Notes: generated by a model not told the origin, from the sequence alone. Shown: positions 49,616 to 63,338, counted from the first letter of the stretch. The stretch is DNA of 64,000 bases from Octopus sinensis (GCF_006345805.1 NC_043004.1:2914001-2978000), one strand, 5' to 3'. Translations and numbers: made by a program.

Positions 49616-50017
49616 ACTTACTTGTACTTGTGACGGCGTTCACCCAGGGTGGGTTGAGCCGGCTTCTTCTCTGGTCCTAACGACATCACGAACAAAAATG
49701 AAGTTTCGTGGGAATATTGAATTCACAAGCGGTCCCCGACATCCCGCATGCATATCCCGAGTGACGGGGCACCCTGTTTGCCGCGGAGTCTCCACAGACG
49801 CAGGGACAGAACGACCTCGAAGCCGCCGGTTGCCGATCAGACGCCTCTTGGAATTTTCACCAGAGCCCCGTTGGCCAGGCTGCAGCCCTAATACCTCTCG
49901 GTGCCAGACCAATCCGCCTTGGGTAGCCCTACCAGGAACCGAAGTTCCCGATGGCATAGCTCTGACACTGCCCGTTTACACCACCCTACCGCTTTGAGGT
50001 GGGGTTGGACTTTGTCA
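49616..50017 (-). mobile_element. Short non-autonomous RTE derivative (5' region fused to 3' end), with TSD
   Basis: Minus-strand 5' part ..agagctatgccatcgggaac..cctggtagggctacccaagg is RTE/Rex3-like. The 3' part encodes FVRDVVRTREEAGSTHPG* and ends caagtacaagtaagta. TSD cat(c/g)gttatgt at 49605-49615 and 50018-50028. Confidence 0.75.
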
Positions 50018-51254
50018 CATGGTTATGTGACAAAAATAAGCGATGTTCTACTCGAAACAAATGAGAGAGAGATGGGTGTTAGTCTGCTTCTGCATTGCTA
50101 ACTGCACAGAATCCTTCTTTGTGTAATCCAAAGAACAATAAAAGGAAATGGTTGGCAGCAGAGAAAAAGGGCAAGAAAATGGAAAAAAATTAACCTAAAC
50201 ATGGAGAGGTTGGAGATTAACTCTACAGCCACAAATTTACCGTTTGTTGGGTCAGTCTGAAAGATCCATACAGAGTGAGGAAACATCAGGTATTAATTCC
50301 ATGTCCGGGCATCAATGGCTTCGTGGAGTTATGTCGACTCAGGTCATTATGAAGCGAGTCCATTCTGAGCATCGCCCATCGCGGGGACAGCTGTTTTATG
50401 TTTACTCGTATTTTGTTTGATAGAACCAGCCATTGAGCATGAATTGCCTAGCTGAGAAAAATCTAGCTTAGCAGAATTTAGTATCGAAAAATGGCATTTC
50501 ATTGTCGAAGAACTTTATTCAAGAGGAATTGAATTATTTACTTCTCTATCACCAAAAGTGGAATAAATTTTTTTCACACCGTCAAAGGAAAAGTTTGACG
50601 GGATCTTTTGTTTTATGAATGTGAGGACATATCCTGTATTGCACGCGTAGCTTTTCGTATTTTTGTGTTCACCTGTGCCAAATTATTGTCAACTGTGTGT
50701 CTTAATTCCCACCTTCTCGAATGGTTCTGAACTGGCGTAGTTGAACCACAAATTATTATTTTGTACCGCATAAAAATAAAAGAAGATATTGAGAGACATG
50801 AATTTGAAATGGATACGATTAGAGAATACCGCGTCCATTTTCGTATGAAAGACGTTTAATTTGTGTATCTGCGTCTTTTCTTTGATATTTATTGAGTCCG
50901 TTTATAGTTTAGCGATGGTTAGTAATGCGTGTGAGTTTTCATAATGCCACAGAGTTAACAAGGAAGGTAACTTTGTTTTGTGAGTAGATGAAGCGTTGTG
51001 TGAAAGTAACTACACCTCTATTAAACTGACCCGATTGGAATTGATTCCTTGGTACATTTGGCTAAGTTTACAACAAATATTTATCACACGTCAGTTGTTT
51101 ATTCGACAAATATCTATTTATTGACGAAAGCGTTTCTGAGCTGAGATACGTAACTTTAGGGATAAGTGGAGGAGAGTAATCAGTCTAAAGTTTAGTTGTT
51201 TGTATTTGATCACTGAACTGTGCCGCGTTTATGGCTCAAATAAACCTTAAAGGA

Positions 51255-51420
51255 CCCAGTACTGTACTTTTACTTGCGGCAGCATTCTCCCGAGGTGGGT
51301 TGAGCCGGCTCCGACCAACAAGTTCACCATATCTCTCACGAATGCTGACCAGTTTCGACGGTCGTCTCAACGTTCCAGCGAGCAAAGCAATACTTCCGTC
51401 TGCGGCCCCAAAAAACATCT
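51255..51420 (-). mobile_element. 3' end of a related RTE LINE
   Basis: DRRNWSAFVRDMVNLLVGAGSTHLG, tail caagtaaaagtacagtac. Shares agccggctcaacccacc with the element at 49616. Confidence 0.65.
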
Positions 51421-53602
51421 TTCAAATTTGACAAATACCCCACTGGAAGAGCACGGATATCGTGGCCAAATATTGGTTGTTGAGATGTAGAGTTCATGTA
51501 CGTGTCCCAGAATAAAATGATTAGCCTCTTGCAGTGGTGGCTGGAATTTCTCCTTTTGTTGAAACTTAGAGAGAATTAGTCTTTGGAACGATTCGCTACA
51601 ATGTATTATGCTTCGTGCCGTTAATGAGCACTTTCTTAGAAATGTAGGAACAGAATTCAAAAGATATACTTGACATAAATGAAGGGTAATATTTATCCCT
51701 CATCAGTGACATTCTGTAAGAGGCAAGCTGTTTTAATACATTATAACAATTTCTCTCATATACTTGTATACTCTTATATGTATATTAAAAGCTGAGAGGT
51801 ATTTGAACATAAAACAGAGAAACAATATAAAATATGGTAAAATATTGTAACACGGTGCTCTACTGCTTCGGCTACGACACGAACCTACCAATTGAGGGAT
51901 TAAGACGGAAACAGAGTTAGGAGCTGTTTATTAAGGTCAACAGGCGGATTAGTCATTCGTGCGCAACAGCATGTTGTGAACATACACCTGCGTGTATACC
52001 ACAAGCTTTAACCTCATTCTATACACATATAGAAACATGTACATACCCAGGTGTATACACCTGTGTATATACACCTGAGTATGTACATGTATCTATAAGT
52101 GTACAGAATAAGGTTATAGCTTGTGGAATAAAAGTACTTCTCCGCTGTTTTCAAGGTAAGTTATCAGTTTTTATTAATCAACCAATAAATATCTAAATAA
52201 CACATTCCACAATACAACCAGACGTACTGACAGTCATCTGTGCCCGGAGGCTTTTTGTGAGTCTTGCTGAAGATATTCATTGATAAAATCTTTCATTTGA
52301 GAACTGGGTCATTAAACTTTATGTTCTTCCATCTACTGCTTGAGGGTTTCACAGCGAATTATTACAGATTGGCTGTTGTCAGGTTAATCTGACCACGTTA
52401 TCACGAGTCACACACAATAAGATACAATGATGTTTTATCAGTTTTTCTATCAGCATCTAAAAACAAAAATAAGCTGGGAAATATTCATTTCCTTGTATTT
52501 TTGATATTTAGATAGCAGCAGGAATTTTGCTTTCGGATTATAAATCATCTTTTCCTGTTTATTTGTTGAAAAAGCACAACGTAGGTTACTTTCGAAAACA
52601 AATGTGCAAGATTATTCTTGTTAAGCAGCTTCTGCGGGTCAGGACCGAGCACTATATCACAGGTAGTCCTTACACATACTTGAGCCTCTGAATCCACCGA
52701 TCTAGTGACCCAGGTATATTGCGACATCGCAGAGATGAGCTGAAAAGGCGATATCTTTTCTGTATACGTTTGATTACACTGATTGGAGGTAAACAGTTTT
52801 CTTAGACAGGTGATGTAGAAGAAAATGTTTAGAAGCAGTTGCACATATCATGTCAGAGACTTTTGTTATTAAGATTTACAGTAACAAGAAATTCTACCAC
52901 TCACACTTTCAGCTTGCATTTAATCCCTACTAAATTTGTTCACTAATCCGCGCGAATCTTTCTGGTCACTATTCAAGCTCTTATGATAGAAAGTGCGCTA
53001 GTTTGTGTTCATACAATTTTGATGTAAATTATGTACATATAAAGAGGTATCCAGACAGAGCCTTTATATATCAACGATCCATCTAATATATTTTTACATT
53101 AGTTTTCTGTGATAACTCTTACTAATAACGGATTTCATTATTGTGAAGAGAACATAGCGAGGCACATTTATTGGGCCTCGTTACAATCTGTCCCGTGGTC
53201 AACCTCGGGTGAGCGGACCTTCGAGAATATGTCCTTAAATGACCATCATCTTGTATTTTTCTATATCGAGGACTATATTCACCAGGATGTACTTCATTTT
53301 TTAAGACGGTAGAATGTAATTTGAGGAACATTTGACATCTATTTTGAGCGACACCATAGGGGACATTTCTCTTTGTAGAGGTTTCTTGTTATTTAGCCCC
53401 AGTTCAGATCTGACTACGCGGACCAATCAACCATTGTATTTAAACTGTGACCTTCTAGTCTTTTCCCAAGTAGTATGCATCTAGAACCATTTGATATAAT
53501 GTGTCCTTCTTTTTCTTGAGGCGTTAATCCTTAATTAAAGGAATGCTTTGCCGCAATTTCTAGCAGACTGACGCGGTTTAAACTGTGGGGTTCGATAGGA
53601 AA

Positions 53603-54003
53603 TATTTTTTTCTATTGTAGACACAAAGCCTGAAATTTAAGGGAGAGGGATAGTCGATTGCATCGAAACTAATACTCAACTGGTATTTAATTTATCAACA
53701 CCGAAAGAATAAAACATAAAGTCGATTTCGGCGAAATTTGAACTCAGGACGTAGCGACGGGCAAAATACCTATTTCTTTACTACTCACAAGGGGCTAAAC
53801 ACAGAAAGAACAAACAAGGACAAACAAACGGATTAAGTTGATTATATCGCCCCCAGTACGTAACTGGTACTTATTTAATCAACCCCGAAAAGATAAAAGG
53901 CAAAGTCGATCTCGGCGGAATTTGAACTCAGAACGTAGTGGTAGTCGAAATACCGCTGAGCATTTCGTCCAGCGTGCTAACGACTCTGCCAGCTCGCCGC
54001 CTT
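53603..54003 (-). mobile_element. SINE family A dimer
   Basis: Two cores separated by the linker. The head ends at ..agctcgccgcctt (54003). Confidence 0.88.
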
Positions 54004-54192
54004 AAGCTAGATAAGAAATAATAAAAAGAAAATAATGAGAAAGTTGGAGAACGAAGACAGGGTCTAGTTATTGGGGAAAATATGAAATCTATTAACTTAA
54101 TTACCATTAAATACTGGTATTGCGAAATGTAACAGATTTTCACGCACTTCACGGTCAAACCAGATTTCCGAGGATGGTGCTGTTGTTGTTTT

Positions 54193-54194
<2 letters not shown>

Positions 54195-54243
<49 letters not shown>

Positions 54244-54275
54244 CATATATACATATATATTATATATATATATAT

Positions 54276-54336
<61 letters not shown>

Positions 54337-54342
54337 TATAAT

Positions 54343-54373
<31 letters not shown>

Positions 54374-54401
54374 TTATACATATATATTATATATTATATA
54401 T

Positions 54402-54486
<85 letters not shown>

Positions 54487-54551
54487 CATATATACATATA
54501 TATATATAATATATATATATAATATATATATATATATTATATATTATATAT

Positions 54552-54595
<44 letters not shown>

Positions 54596-54632
54596 TATAT
54601 ATATATATAATATATAATATATATATATATAT
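54195..54632. repeat. Long (TA)n/(TACA)n microsatellite
   Basis: Directly visible. Confidence 0.95.
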
Positions 54633-54637
54633 GAATA

Positions 54638-54799
54638 GACGAAGTGCTTCTTTCAGATCCCGTTTATCAAATCTACTCACAAGGCTTTGGTCGGCCCGAA
54701 GCTATAGCAAAAGACACTTGCCAAGGTACCAAACAGTGTGACTGGACCCAGAACCATGTGATTAGGAAGCATATTTCTTACAACATAGCCACACCTGCA
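54638..54799 (-). mobile_element. SINE family B head half
   Basis: ctcacaaggctttggtcggcccga..gacacttgccaagg..gaaccatgtg. Confidence 0.8.
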
Positions 54800-55017
54800 A
54801 GGACCTGGACAGGATCCCTTTTCAAAGAAAACTGGTATTTTGCCTTTGCAATGCAAGTTCCTTCTGTTCACGCTCCCGATGACTATTGAAGGCATAGTCG
54901 CCCACATAGAGCGAAGTGGCTTGGCACTAGTATCGCCCACTGTCGTTGTCGGCAGAACACAAACTATTGCAACGGATGCCACAATACATCCCTTTACCGA
55001 AACATTAAGCGTATAAT

Positions 55018-55283
55018 TATTCTACTATTAGAAGAATGGGGCTTAGTTTATCGACGTCGAAAGGATTACAGTCAATGTCGACCTCAAACAGTTTTCAAAC
55101 ACTAGACCAAAGAGAATTGAACCGTCCGGCATTCAATTCAATGTTCAAACGTTTGAACATTAAATTGAATGCCGGACGGTTCAATTCTTTATGGCCTGGT
55201 GTTTGAAAACTGTTTGAGGTCGACATTGCCTGTAATCCTTTCGATGTCGATAAACTAAGCCCCATTCTTCTAATAGTAGAATA
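55018..55283. repeat. Spacer-less palindrome (133-bp arms) built from a diverged family A SINE core
   Basis: Centre aaac|gttt at 55150/55151, about 7 arm mismatches. The arm contains gaggtcgacattgcctgtaatcctttcgatgtcgataaactaag. Confidence 0.92.
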
Positions 55284-55291
55284 TACAGGTA

Positions 55292-55620
55292 TATATGTAT
55301 GTATAATAAAACAGCAATCTGGAAAATTTATTGGTAGTATCAATTCACCATTACACACGCTCCGTTTGCTAATAGGAATTACAAAGTTGTACATGTTGGA
55401 TAAATACATAAGAAATTTCCTGTTAGAAATTTTTCCAGACAGAAAAATACAAATAATGCTATTTGTTACTCTGTCTGAAGAATCTCTATTCAGAAATTTC
55501 TTACGTGTATATCCAACATGTACAACTTTGTAATTCCTATTAGCAAACGAAACATGTGTAATGGTAAATAAATCATACTAAAGTTGTCTAGATTACTGTT
55601 CTGTTATATTCATCTATATA
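55292..55620. mobile_element. Second foldback/MITE-like hairpin immediately downstream
   Basis: cgtttgctaataggaattacaaagttgtacatgttggata is mirrored by tatccaacatgtacaactttgtaattcctattagcaaacg. Apex acaaata-atgc-tatttgt (55449-55466). TA-rich ends. Confidence 0.85.
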
Positions 55621-56354
55621 GAAAGAAGAGGGAGAAAGAGACAGAAAGGGGTTGAGAGAAAGAGAGAGAGAGGAGAGATGACTTGATAGCTAATTGTTTG
55701 GGGCACCTGTGTACCAACTGTGTGCACATCATAAACGTCATATTGTTTCCTTTACTTGAGATGCAACGGGGGGGGGGGAGCACAAGTACTCAGAGTGTAC
55801 TCACTTTCAATTGAATGTAATACTACATAGTATAACTTATAATTTCTTCATTTAAAAAATGTAGGGTGCGATATGTGTGGATTCGGCTGATATTTCTAGT
55901 GTTATAAATGAGCTTGTAGAAGCATTTTCGTTTTCTCGATTCATACCATTTGTAGGAGATGACTAAAGCAAGAGATACAGGAACGTTGCATGAGAAAGGG
56001 CGAGTAATAATTGTGCATTTACCAGATTGGTACGTGGATATCGATTTGTAATGAAGGGGTATAATCGATTAAGTCAACCCCAATAAAACTTTTGTATTTG
56101 TCGTATTGATCTCGGCTAATGACAAACAAAATCGATATCGGAGGGATTTGAAATCAGAAAGTAGAATGACGATACTAAATACTGCGTACCACTTCGTCCG
56201 AGAGACTGACACCTATACCATGTGATCGATAATGATGAAGACAACCACAGCAACAACATTCACAACAACAACAACAACCACAAAAACAAAAAAAAAAGTA
56301 ATAACAAAGACATTATGATGATCATTATGATGATAATAATAATAATAATAATAA

Positions 56355-56385
<31 letters not shown>

Positions 56386-56972
56386 AAGAAGAAGAAGAAG
56401 AAGAAGGAGGAGGAGGAGGATTAACTTAGACATGTTTTTAATAAATGTTATGATCGATAATTATAAAATGTTTACAGAAAAAAAGAGTTTTATAACAAAT
56501 TTCCTTCGAGTCTCAAGAAATAACCTGGGAACTCGAAAAGGGATTCAGTCCACCTCTCTGTTAGTAGTCATTGAAATATTACATTTTATTTTTTGTCTTC
56601 GTTTAACTAGAACCATGAAATATTCTTTAAATATCTACAAGTATTTTTCCCAATGATGCGATGTGTTTTGAATGCATCCACATCTACGCGTTGTAGATCT
56701 CTGAGGGGTTACAGTCTTGAGTCCTTATTCCTCGTGGAGGTCTGCTGGGTACATTTGTTACTTTGCAGTGGGGTTCAATTACGAAGGTTAGTTTAAATAA
56801 CTTTGAATTCTAAAGAGAAGCCCTACTCTCACTAGTGTGTGTGTATGTATGTAGCTACATATATATACATATATATATGTGTGTGTATGTGTGTAGTGTG
56901 AGTATATATAAGTGTATATGTACATATATATATATGTGTGTATACATACATATATATATGTGTGTATATATA

Positions 56973-57032
<60 letters not shown>

Positions 57033-57033
57033 T

Positions 57034-57207
57034 AGGTGCAGGCGTAGCTGTGTGGTAAGTGACTTACTTACCAACTACATGGTTCCGGGTTCAGTCCCAC
57101 TGCATGGCACCTTGGGCAAGTGTCTTCTACTATAGCGTCGGGCCGACCAGAGCCTTCTTAGTGGATTTGGTAGGCGGAAACTGAAAGAAGCTCGTCGTAT
57201 ATATATA

Positions 57208-57243
<36 letters not shown>

Positions 57244-57470
57244 TGTGCGTGTGTGTTTGTGCGTCTATGTTTGTTCCCCACCCACCATCGCTTGACAACC
57301 GATGCTGGTTTGTTTACGTCCCTGTAATTTAGCGGTTAGGCAAAGAGACCGATATAATTATTACTAGGCTTACAAAGAATAAGTCCTGGGGTCGATTTGT
57401 CGACTAAAGCCAGTGCTCCAACATGGCCGCAGTGATAATGACTGAAACCAAGTAAAGAATAACAGAATAA
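57034..57470 (+). mobile_element. SINE family B, full length, in (TA)n
   Basis: aggtgcaggcgtagctgtgtggtaag..ggttcagtccc..ccttgggcaagtgtc..(GT)n..tail. Confidence 0.9.
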
Positions 57471-57482
57471 TATATATATATA

Positions 57483-57665
57483 TAGGAGAATTCACGAAAA
57501 ATAAACAAAAGGCGAAGACAGGTGATGTACAAAACAAACAGATGTATTAGTGCAACGCTCAGGAATAGAAAAAGTCTTTTACGTTTCGAGTCTACGCTCT
57601 TCTACAGAAAGGGTAACAGAAAAAAAACAAGGAGAGAAACAAAAAGAGAGAGAGGTCTTTGCATA
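57483..57665 (-). mobile_element. Penelope pLTR-like fragment with hammerhead-like motif
   Basis: Carries the motif at 57611-57576. The downstream ttcctgagcgt is shared with 21732-21903. Confidence 0.55.
57576..57611 (-). ncRNA. Minimal hammerhead-like motif (A6U core variant)
   Basis: cttt CTGtAGA a gag cgtaga ctc GAAA cg T A aaag: stem I cttt/aaag, ACGU palindrome, GUA triplet. Confidence 0.5.
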
Positions 57666-57699
57666 ATAGTTGTTAGTGTCTTCGCTCTTAGAATTAGAA

Positions 57700-58145
57700 C
57701 CTGTTCTTTCAGCTTCTCCTGAACTCATTTGTCACACCAGTATAATCCACTTTAGTGTAACAGCGTTGGATTTCCTACAGCTCCGCTGTTTGATTGGCGT
57801 CATATAGCTGCCATAACAGGGCTCAGTAATCTAGGCACCTGAGAACAGATGTTTTTCCTCTCATCTTAATAATATACACATATAATAATGTATCTTTCCT
57901 CTTCTAGATGTCCTCAGTACGCATTGAGTGTTGCTTTGAGAGCACAATAGCCCTTGGTCCAGAATATTCTGATAGAAATCTGTCAGCTGTTAGCGGAACG
58001 CTTGAAACTTTCGATCATTAATAGAAATGATCTTTCCTTTAGTAAATTTGTATATCACAGTCAAGGTTTTCAGTAGGTTTGTGCTATCCTCACGGTTCTT
58101 GACTGCCTGTGACACATTTATATCGTCGGCATAGCTGGAGAGAGA
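57700..58145 (-). mobile_element. Decayed CR1/L2-group reverse transcriptase fragment
   Basis: SSYADDINVSQAVKNREDSTNLLKTL..IYKF...NDRKFQ (YADD at 58133-58122), later LRCLDY*..LW...L*EIQRCYTK. Confidence 0.75.
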
Positions 58146-58429
58146 GAGTGACAATATGGCAGAATGTATGTTTCAGAGAGGGAGCCAAGACAAGGCATAG
58201 TGATCCCAGGATACGTAAAAACAAAAAACTAGCGGACACACACACTTACCAGACATAATGTATAAGTGGAAGATTAAAAGTATTTAAGACTTTTCTATAG
58301 TTTAGCATATAAAAATCATCGCCGTCGTTGTTATACAAATACTAAGGAGGGGTCATTTTCTTGTTAGAAAGTAGTTTCCTCCTTCCGTCTCTGAAGAATT
58401 CTGGAACATAAAGTCATGGTTGCATACAT

Positions 58430-58519
58430 ACATACATTATATATATACACACAAACACACATATATACACACATACATACACACACATATACATATACAC
58501 ACACACACACACACACATA

Positions 58520-58585
<66 letters not shown>

Positions 58586-58726
58586 CGCACATATATATAT
58601 ATATATTATATATATATATATATTATATATATATATATATATACATACATACATACATATATATCCATTCATACATACATCTATAAGTGTGCATACATGT
58701 ATAAATATACACAAATACACACACGC

Positions 58727-58773
<47 letters not shown>

Positions 58774-58915
58774 TATGCATACATGCAAAAATAAATGTAC
58801 CTCTACATCAATATGCATTTATGCACACATATATTGATGTATAAGTGTACATACATACATACATACATACATACATACATACATACATACATACATACAT
58901 ACATACATACATACA
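58430..58915. repeat. Compound (CA)n/(TA)n/(TACA)n microsatellite
   Basis: Directly visible. Confidence 0.95.
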
Positions 58916-60631
58916 CACGATTATATATTTGTTTCATACTTTAAGTAAGATTTGAAGCATTTAAATATTTATCTAAATATTATTCGAGGTACCATGACAT
59001 GTCAGCAATGTTGCAGATAACATTTTCGAGACCAAAGCTATTGTTCCAAAATTAAAAACAGATTAGAATTATTCTTAATACACTCATCTCTTTCATAGGA
59101 TATGTACAGAAACAAAAACCTCAAGTTGCAAACATGTCACAATATATTTCCTGAAAAAAGAAACCATTTTTATTGTATGTACTTGTTCAAAATACGGACA
59201 AAGAGTGAACATATCAATTTTCCAATCATCCGATAAATATTTGTATGAATTAGAATGTGTTTTCATAATATTCTAAAGAGCTAGAAATAATTTCTCTCTA
59301 CCGATGTAGAGAGATAATGTTAGCGATCAAATTGATAAGCATATGTCGGCTATCAGATAGCTTCTTGTTTATGAAACAATATCATAAAATATCATGTATG
59401 AAATAATAAATATTAATATAACAATGGGATGTTCATGTCATTTATTTCATAGAAGAGCAAATATTACAAAATGAAATTGGAGTAGGAAATAAAAGGATGA
59501 ACAAATATATTTCGCAAGAATATTTCGTCAAATGACATAAATAAGAAAACAAAAAGCTCATAGTCATATTCTGCGACTCTTCCTTAGTTTACAACTTAAT
59601 TTTTACTGCAATCGATCACTTGGCCATTTTTTTTTTTTTTTTTTTTTGTTTTTCATCAGTTATTGAGTCTCCAAAAAGCTGTCTCTTAAATAGTTTATAT
59701 TCTTTTCTATTTCTTTATTTCTTTATTTTTATGTCCTCGACCAAAGTATTTCAGTCTTTCCACTTAATTAAATTTTGATTTCAGCTTCTGAAGACCGACT
59801 ACATGCTCTGCTCTGAACGGCATTCCCCGCTGTCAATCGTTAGTTTTCTACGTCTGTCGTGATGTTTGGAATCAAGACAACTGGTCTCAATTGCTTTGAT
59901 TGATAAGCCGTTCGCAGTCAGCTTTTCTAATCAAGACTGGACAATCCAGTCGAAGACTAATTTGCAACGGCAGTAATTAGAAATAACAGATTGCTCCTCC
60001 TTCGCTTGCTGGTCGAACACAATTAGTTTTTCCCTTGCTGGAGATTATCTCAGATATCCTGACGATGGAAGAGGGATGCAGTAAATGTTCACAAAACGAC
60101 AGAGGAAATATAGAAAAGACTCTCATCTGGTCGGTAATTTGTGATTTCAAATTTTGTTACTCTCACAGTAGCAGCTGTGACAGCTTTATTAGGGCGAAGG
60201 TGAACTGTTGAGGCAGATAGAGGGCTGGGAAGATTTTCTAGCGACGTATGTTGAAATAATTACATCATTCCGGAGTTAGTGACACAAAACACTTAGATGA
60301 AGAGGTTAATATTCAACTAAAGCTTCCCCTAAAGTGTTCCAGCCACACATTTCTTGCTACAGTCAGGCCAGGATGTTGAAGAGACAAAAGAAGAGGTGTG
60401 AGGAAGGGAACGGTACAAAAGGCATAAGAAATATAAAAAGGATTTTTAAAAAACCGCTTTTAATTTTGAAATGCCGCATAATTCATTCATAAATGTTCCC
60501 AATAAAAATTCATGTAATGTACAAGATTAATGTTTCCGGTTCACAATTTTCAAATTCTTTTAAATAAATTGAAGATATGGTAGAAAATTAAATATGAACA
60601 TGAAATGGTATATATATATATATATATATAT

Positions 60632-60694
<63 letters not shown>

Positions 60695-62827
60695 TACATA
60701 TATATATGTGTGTGTAGAGAGAGAGAGAGAAAGAGAATTATATGTTTGTGTGTATATATGTATATATGCATATATCTTCGTATTTTACCATATAAATAGT
60801 TTCGATTTATCATTACAAACCCATAGGTGGCGCAGAAAACTGTGTTTGAAAGGATATGTTCCACAACCCATACAATAACGTCTGCTTACGTTTCCCATGC
60901 ACTGTTTAGATAACCTTTTCCCAACATAGGCGGTGCCCCAGCATGGCCGCAGTTACATTCAATTTCTAACTAGTCTCATATTATAAAATCCAGCTTTTAC
61001 CTCCAACAAAAGAAATATATTTAATTCAATATTAAAGATTTCCAGAGTCTCTGAGAATGGTTCGAAATAAACGGAAACTCGAGCATAATTCTTCACTCAT
61101 GTTTTATCTGTAGAATAATACGTAAAAAAAAACCTAAGTTTTCATTTGACAGTGGAAATATTAATTCATTAATACAGCGTCAAGTATATCGTGTAATTTC
61201 AGTAAATTAAGTTTACCAAATGTTTCAAGCAAACAATTCTATTTGTATTTTCAGAAATATGAGGCAGGCGAACCGTTTAAACTACCTCTTAAAGACACCC
61301 ATTATTTTAACAATTCATTCTCTGAACGTATAATAAAACTCTTAGAGTAGTGAATCCCAACGTGGGACATACACCTCACTGTTGAGATTTGGGAAAATTA
61401 TATTTATTTCCCAACCATAGCGTGGGGGCATACATTTTCCTGGAAAATTATTGTAGGATCTAGCAGGGAAATATAGGTGGAAACACTGTCTCAGAGCGTT
61501 GGTCTGAATATATTCTTTAGATAGAGTGTAGGGGTGATTTTTCGCCACCGCATCCTAAGCTATTTCAGGGAGAGAGTGAAGCTATATTTGTTATTTTGCT
61601 AAACTATAAACATAAATAAAGGAATTCACAATGCATATCAAGGCAACACAGCGGAAGAGGGGCAACCTTAGAATCTCTGAGGCCATCCTCAAGCACCAAA
61701 AGAAACCCAAGATCAACAACAGAACAGAGTTACAAGACGCTAGCTGGTTACTATAGCAACACTTTTCCGCGCATGTCCACACCATACACGCTCACACACT
61801 CGCACATCGGCAAAATTCGTCTATTTCTTAAAAATAGGGTCATAACCACGAAATATTGAATACAAGGTAAGTCTACATTAATTCACATATTTGTTTTCTT
61901 GTGATTTGCCTTGCATTTACTTCGTATTGTTTTGGTTTTACCCACGATCCTTTATACAATAAATAAAGAGGGTTAGTAGCTACCTAAAATCGAAACCCAG
62001 CCATTAGTTTTACTGTGTAATGTATCGTATTGACTCAAATTAGTTATCAGAACTTAAATCTCTTCGGGCAATTTTTATTCTTTCATTTATCCGAAAGTTA
62101 TAGAGTCAGATTATTATAGCTGGCTTCGGCAATTATCACAATTGAAACTTCAAGACAGATTGTATACCTTAAACCTATTCCAAAAGAATTTATACTTTCT
62201 TTTTTTCTTTTCCTCGCTAACATAATTGGTAAGTATTCAATGGAGAGATAACCAGAAATTCTTTCTTTGAAGTTTTGTTCTCAAACGTTTATGAATATTT
62301 TATAAGTTCGATTCTCAGAAAAGAAGAAAAAATAATGTATTTTTTTTTTATTCTTGTCTCTATGTTCATATTTAGAGCTTTCATGCAAGACTAAAGGTGA
62401 GGTTTATAAGAAATAATTCCAATCGATTTGTTCCTCAAGAAAGAAGCTGAAATGTTCTGTCTAAGTTGGACTCAAACATTGATAAAAAAGGAAACTGAAA
62501 TTATATCGTTTTTGTAGTGGCAAATATTCCGTTTAGACTACAACCAAGCCAACAATTTCATCCTCACAAAGAAATGGTACGTCAGCCAGTATAAGTGTTT
62601 TCCTGTGTAATTACTGACAAATGTGTGTGAGTGTGTGTTTATGTGTGTGTGTGCCGGTTTGTGTGTACCTGTTTGTGTGTGTCTGCATACCATCATATAT
62701 ATATAGATGTATGTATATACAATATATTAATGTGTGTGCGCATATTGTAGATCTCTATACCATCATATATATATGTATGTATGTATATATGCATTAGTGT
62801 GTGCGTGCGTGTGTGTATGTATGTCTG

Positions 62828-62860
<33 letters not shown>

Positions 62861-63338
62861 CTGTGTGAGTGTGTGTGTGTGTTTGTGTATGTGTTTTCAG
62901 GTTATGGCTGCCAGCCCAGTCGTTACACCAAAGACAGGATCTTTGTATTCGGTTCTGTCGCAGTCCTAGTAATAACTTCCATTTATGTCCTCTAGTGTCT
63001 CATTTAACGAAACTAAGGTCTCCGAGTGTAAATAAGAGATTTTTTGCTGCATTTTTTGTTTTGTCTTCTTTTGTTTTTTTTTTTTGTTTTTTTTTCGGTC
63101 AGTACATGAGATTGAGTATTCGATCTATTAACTATCGAAAAACCAAACAGTCTAAATGAATACAATCTACCAAGTTGAGTGAGACACGGTAAATTTGGCA
63201 AGTGTGCCTCGGCGAGACATTTTATTGCAGACGTGTGTCACTCTATTTCTTTTTGTCTTTCAACATTTATTAAGCTTCGCTAAACCTGAATAGCTTCTAC
63301 AATGTCTTAATCAGTCGTGTCTAGTGATGATACTATCA

